Made by a program: the position numbers and the translations under genes
The notes under the pieces: generated by a model
Told to the model about the DNA's origin: nothing
The model's database searches: none
What the model saw: the letters and a program-made list of their open reading frames with translations, nothing else
From: Macrostomum lignano
Lineage: Eukaryota
DNA length: 64,000 nt
Direction: 5' to 3'
NCBI GenBank assembly: GCA_002269645.1
Contig: NIVC01001264.1
Span: forward strand, 248,001 to 312,000
Shown: positions 59,405 to 64,000 of the stretch, one piece after another
Layout of the letters: each line of letters opens with the position of its first letter
Position numbering within the stretch: the first letter of the stretch is position 1

Positions 59405-60029
59405 TACTCAGCAACAGTCAAAGTTCCACCCTCCAAATTGCGAAAACTTCACACTCACAATTCAACCCTCAAGTTACGCAACTAAGCCGCCGCGAGAAAG
59501 GGAAAGTTGATTGACTATCAATACTCGTAGTAAAATCATAAATTTTTTATGCAATATTCAGTTAGAATCGCGATGCGTGTGGGATCCCCTCGCACGCAGA
59601 AGTGCGACGACTCTGCGGGGCATCCCAAGGATGAGGCAGCGCAGAAAGTCCTGGGGAAGCCGCTCCAAAGCGTTTTCAATGGCATGACGCAGAGCTCTCC
59701 GCAACATTCTATGGTGGATTCTCTTTTCGAATGCTACGTTTTAGGAAGTCCCAGACATGCTCGATGGGATTCATGTCTGGGGACCGGGAAGGCCAGCGCA
59801 GAGTGCGCAGCTATAGCTGTTCTTTCAGTTGACTAACAGCATCGGCTTGGTGTGGCGGGGCGTTGTTCCTGGGCTTGGGTCTGCTTAATGTCCAGGCCTG
59901 GACCATTAAGCAGACCCAAGCCACCCCCAAGCGGCAATAAGCTTTGCGCGTGCCGTAGGTTGCGTCACTCGCAATAAGTGAAAAAATCATCTCGCTTAGT
60001 GGGGTGGAACTTTTGACTGTTGCTGAGTA
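59405..60029 (-). mobile_element. Tc1-family (DD34E) transposon deletion derivative
   Basis: TIRs TACTCAGCAACAGTCAAAGTTCCACCC / GGGTGGAACTTTTGACTGTTGCTGAGTA, with TA on both flanks (59403-59404 and 60030-60031). Contains a transposase C-terminal remnant. Confidence 0.88.
59558..59871 (-). pseudogene. Tc1 transposase C-terminal remnant
   Basis: Hand translation: (D>N)NAPPHQADAVSQLKEQL*LRTLRWPSRSPDMNPIEHVWDFLKR...* then a frameshift to LRHAIEN..ERLPQDFLRCLILGMPRRVVALLRARGSHT. There are 34 residues between the second catalytic position and E. Confidence 0.88.
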
Positions 60030-60894
60030 TAACCCTAAGCAGGCAGATAAGAAAGGATTAACACGGAAAATGTTACTATTTTTTTTTAGATTAAATCGCT
60101 TTATTTCTATCGAAGGCCATTAAGAGATGAAGAGAGAAAATTAAAAGTAGTAATTGGTAAGGATATTTAGAAAAGCAAAAATACTTAGTTATTTTTTGCA
60201 AATCTATCAAGCTACTAGAATTAAACAAACTTGAAATTGCCTGGCGCAAAGCAGTTCCCAGATCAATTGCTACACTTGAATAGGTGAAGAATTGCACAAT
60301 TATTTTGTCTTAATCATTATCGTGCTGCAGTCATATCTCAACATTCTTATCAATCGATTCGTACGAAAAATACGGACCTCATTCGATGCGCACTACTAAC
60401 CAAAATAACAGACCATTCGAGTAGCATAGTGAGGGAGAGAAAAACGCGGAGATTATTGAAAAAATAGAAAAAATAATTATTAAAAAAAACAGTGAAACAG
60501 CGCGACAAAGCCGGGGGTCGGTTTTCTTTAAGGCGAAGGCAAACAACGTTTTCCAAATGTGAATTCACGGGTTCGAGTAGAGCAACGCAAAATATACTGA
60601 TAGAAGAAAATATTAATTACAGATACCTTACGTTGAGTTTTGTTTTGAGAGATTTTTCAGGAGCATTCAAAGTCGTTACGGATGCAGCTGCAAAATTGCA
60701 TAAAAAATAAACATTGACAAATAAATGTTTTATTTGTTATATTAAACCAAGCAGAAGTGAATCGAGTCAAGCACGCCGATAAAACTGAACAAAAAGGCAA
60801 AATTAAATTTCGTTAAACTGTCTGTTTCGACAGGGTTTTTACCGTGCGGTGAATACAAAGTCGGCGTTATTGAGGCAAGCGACAACCATTTCTA

Positions 60895-61428
60895 GCTGTC
60901 ACACTGCAGCACATCTAGCTGTCACACTGCAGCACATCTAGCTGTCACACTGCAGCACATCTAGCTGTCACACTGCAGCACATCTAGCTGTCACACTGCA
61001 GCACATCTACTTGTCACACTGCAGCACATCTAGCTGTCACACTGCAGCACATCTACTTGTCACACTGCAGCACATCTAACTGTCACACTGCAGTACATCT
61101 AACTGTCACACTGCAGTACATCTAACTGTCATACTGCAGTACATCTAACTGTCACACTGCAGTACATCTAACTGTCACACTGCATGCAGCACATCTAGCT
61201 GTCACACTGCAGCACATCTAGCTGTCACACTGCAGCACATCTAGCTGTCACACTGCAGCACATCTAGCTGTTACACTGCAGCACATCTAGCTGTCACACT
61301 GCAGCACATCTAGCTGTCACACTGCAGCACATCTAGCTGTCACACTGCAGCACACCTAGCTGTCACAATGCAGCACACCTAGCTGTCACACTGCAGCACA
61401 TCTAGCTGTCACACTGCAGCATATCCAC
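60895..61428. repeat. 23-bp minisatellite (GCTGTCACACTGCAGCACATCTA) downstream of EB1
   Basis: Read directly. Confidence 0.95.
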
Positions 61429-61735
61429 CTACCTACTACTAATAGAAATCGTACAAGAACTTGCAAATCGCAGGGAGGAGAAACCGATTCATACCAACAA
61501 TAACATCATCAATTAACATAATTATTAATTAACTACTGTACAATACAATTATTGATTATTATTATAATTAGGACAATGGCCCAATACGAACTACAATTGG
61601 GTGAGTATCTCCGAGAAGTGACTGTGCTATAGGTAATAAAATAATTAAATAACGATACTGAATAGTCAGCTTAGGCTATTAATGTTTTCTGACGGATTTA
61701 CTGTTCAATATAATTTCTAGATTAATAAAAAATTA

Positions 61736-63974
61736 TTAATATTCGTCAGGCTCGCCGTTGTCGGCGGCCTCTGGCGGGGCGAAGCCCTCCTCAGTCTGGT
61801 ACAGCACGTCCAGAATGCGGCGAATCTGTTCGCTGTCCTCGGACTCCTGGCAGATGATCTCCACGCTGCGCAGCTTGTTAAAATAGAAGTCCCGCTCCTT
61901 CATCAGGCCGTCAATGCTCTGCTGGTCTTCGTTGTGCTGCTGGTTCAGGTCGTCCACCTGGGGAGGGCGGGCCGGCGAATGGGGAGGATTAGGTGGCTGA
62001 TGGTCCTGGAGGTGTGGGATTAAGCTTGCTGCTAGGTGTGGGATTAAGCTTGCTGCTAGGTGTGGGATTGAGCTTGCTGCTAGGTGTGGGATTGAGCTTG
62101 CTGCTAGGTGTGGGATTAAGCTTGCTGCTAGGTGTGGGATTAAGCTTGCTGCTAGGTGTGGGATTAAGCTTGCTGCTAGATGTGGGATTAAGCTTGCTGC
62201 TAGGTGTGGGATTAAGCTTGCTGCTAGATGTGGGATTAAGCTTGCTGCTAGGTGTGGGACTAAGCTTGCTGCTGGGTGTGGGATTAAGCTTGCTGGTGCT
62301 GGTGTGGGTTTAAGATTGCTGGTGTGGGATTAAGCTTGCTGATGGATGTGGGATTAAGCTTGCTGCTGGGTGTGGGATTAAGCTTGCTGCTGGGTGTGGG
62401 ATTAAGCTTGCTGGTGCTGGTGTGGGTTTAAGATTGCTGGTGTGGGATTAAGCTTGCTGATGGATGTGGGATTAAGCTTGCTGGTGCTGGTGTGGGATTA
62501 AGCTTGCTGGTGCTGGTGTGGGATTAAGCTTGCTGCTAGGTGTGGGATTAAGCTTGCTGCTGGGTGTGGGATTAAGCTTGCTGGTGCTGGTGTGGGATTA
62601 AGATTGCTGGTGTGGGATTAAGCTTGCTGCTGGGTGTGGGATTAAGCTTGCTGCTGGGTGTGGGATTAAGATTGCTGGTGTGGGATTAGGCTCACTGGTG
62701 CTGGTGCTGGCTGAAACACAAGTACGCACCTGGATACGCAGTTCGGCCATCTCAGCCTCCAGCCGCTGCTGGTTAGCATTGGGAGCCGCTGCCGGCTGGT
62801 GGGCCGGAGCTGGCGGATGCGCTGGCGCCGGGGCGGCAGCGGCTCTTGTTGGCACCGGCTTCGGCGGCGTCCGATTCGGCTGCCGCATGCCCCGCCGGCG
62901 CCGGCAGGGGCGCGGCCAGCAGCTGGGCCGGCGGCAGGCGCCCGGTTGTCGCCTCTAGCAGCAGCCGGAGCCGCCGCAGGCTGACTGTGCGCGCCGGCGG
63001 GCCTGGCCTTGCCGGAGCCGGTGATTGGCTCGCCGCCGCGGGCAGCCAGGGCGTCGTACTCGATTCCGGTGTAATTGGCGTCGAAGAATCGTTTGAACCA
63101 TTGCACGAATTCGAAGTTGTCTTGGAAACGCGCTTTGACCAGGCGCTCGATTGGTACCTCCTGGGTAATAGTTTGATGGTTGAAATCGTTTTGGTGGAAA
63201 CTTTCAACTAATTCTGGAGTTTGGAGGGAATTCCCGCAGTGAATGACCTTGGGGGAACTCTAATCATACTTAGAATGGAAGTCCCGCAGTGAATGACCTT
63301 GGGGGAACTCTAATCATACTTAAAATGGAAGTCCCGCAGTGAATGACCTTGGGGGAACTCTAATCATACTTAGAATGGAATTCCCGCAGTGAATGACCTT
63401 GGGGGAACTCTAATCATACTTAAAATGGAAGTCCCGCAGTGAATGACCTTGGGGGAACTCTAATCATACTTAAAATGGAAGTCCCGCAGTGAATGACCTT
63501 GGGGGAACTCTAATCATACTTAGAATGGAAGTCCCGCAGTGAATGACCTTGGGGAACTCTAATCATACTTAGAATGGAAGTCCCGCAGTGAATGACCTTG
63601 GGGGAACTCTAATCATACTTAGAATGGAATTCCCGCAGTGAATGACCTTGGGGGAACTCTAATCATACTTAAAATGGAAGTCCCGCAGTGAATGACCTTG
63701 GGGGAACTCTAATCATACTTAAAATGGAAGTCCCGCAGTGAATGACCTTGGGGGAACTCCAATCATACTTAAAATGGAAGTCCCGCAGTGAATGACCTTG
63801 GGGAACTCCAATCAAACTCACAATGGAATTTCCGCAGTGAACGACCCTGGGGAACTCCATATCTCACCTTATCAACGCCGTGTTTTTTAAACAGCGCCTG
63901 CAGCACTTTGAAATTGCTGATAAACTCGTGCTCCAATTTGGTATTAAATTTCACCTTTTTAAAGGGCAGAGTAC
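61736..63974 (-). CDS. MAPRE1: Microtubule end-binding protein EB1 family, 5'-partial; exons 63974-63868, 63160-62730, 61957-61736; 1-nt frameshift near 62890 as assembled
   Basis: CH domain KKVKFN.KLEHEFI.NFK.LQ..FKK.GVDK|[30 protein letters not shown]; EBH domain [17 protein letters not shown]...ILDVLY.TEEGF; C-terminal EY. The symbol marks the family. Confidence 0.92.
62010..62700. repeat. 24-bp minisatellite (GGTGTGGGATTAAGCTTGCTGCTA) in an EB1 intron
   Basis: Read directly. Confidence 0.95.
63228..63860. repeat. 50-bp minisatellite (GAATGACCTTGGGGGAACTCTAATCATACTTA[G/A]AATGGAAGTCCCGCAGT) in an EB1 intron
   Basis: Read directly. Confidence 0.95.
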
Positions 63975-64000
63975 CTGAATAATGATGAATTTGATGATGT

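Noticed and set aside
59560-59870. Hairpin-rich stretch with GAAAGTCC and GCAACATTC motifs suggesting RNase P/MRP or an HDV-like ribozyme
   Set aside because: The P4/P1.1 pairings could not be completed, and the minus strand is fully explained as Tc1 transposase coding sequence.

Overview
This is eukaryotic (animal) genomic DNA. GC-rich exons and minisatellite-filled introns resemble a repeat-rich invertebrate such as the flatworm Macrostomum; the organism is an inference only. Eight protein-coding genes can be read by hand using GT-AG splice sites: a secreted C-type-lectin + PAN/Apple protein (+, intronless), a Musashi/DAZAP1-family two-RRM polyQ protein (-, intronless), SH3BP5 (+), TMEM201/Samp1 (+), DNA polymerase eta POLH (+), a RILP-like protein (+), an orexin/allatotropin-type GPCR (+) and the 3' part of EB1/MAPRE (-). 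As assembled, SH3BP5 and EB1 each carry a 1-nt homopolymer frameshift, and POLH has no in-frame ATG ahead of its catalytic motif. About 30 distinct tandem arrays are present, and 18 of the 20 introns I can define contain one. Mobile DNA includes four segments of a non-autonomous Helitron-like family, two tRNA-headed SINEs, a Tc1 (DD34E) deletion derivative, hAT-type MITEs and other MITEs. Every Helitron-like segment carries a tRNA-like A-box/B-box/oligo-T cassette, and two of them are nested head-to-head inside a hAT-type shell, giving a 5.6-kb quasi-palindrome. Other notable signals: an RFX X-box cluster upstream of the RILP-like gene, an AP-1-site minisatellite, an AT-shifted CpG-poor domain over the 5' half of SH3BP5, and a degenerate hammerhead-like motif. 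There is no CRISPR array or rRNA, and I see no convincing intact tRNA gene. I cannot claim a confirmed novel system; the findings are leads to test.
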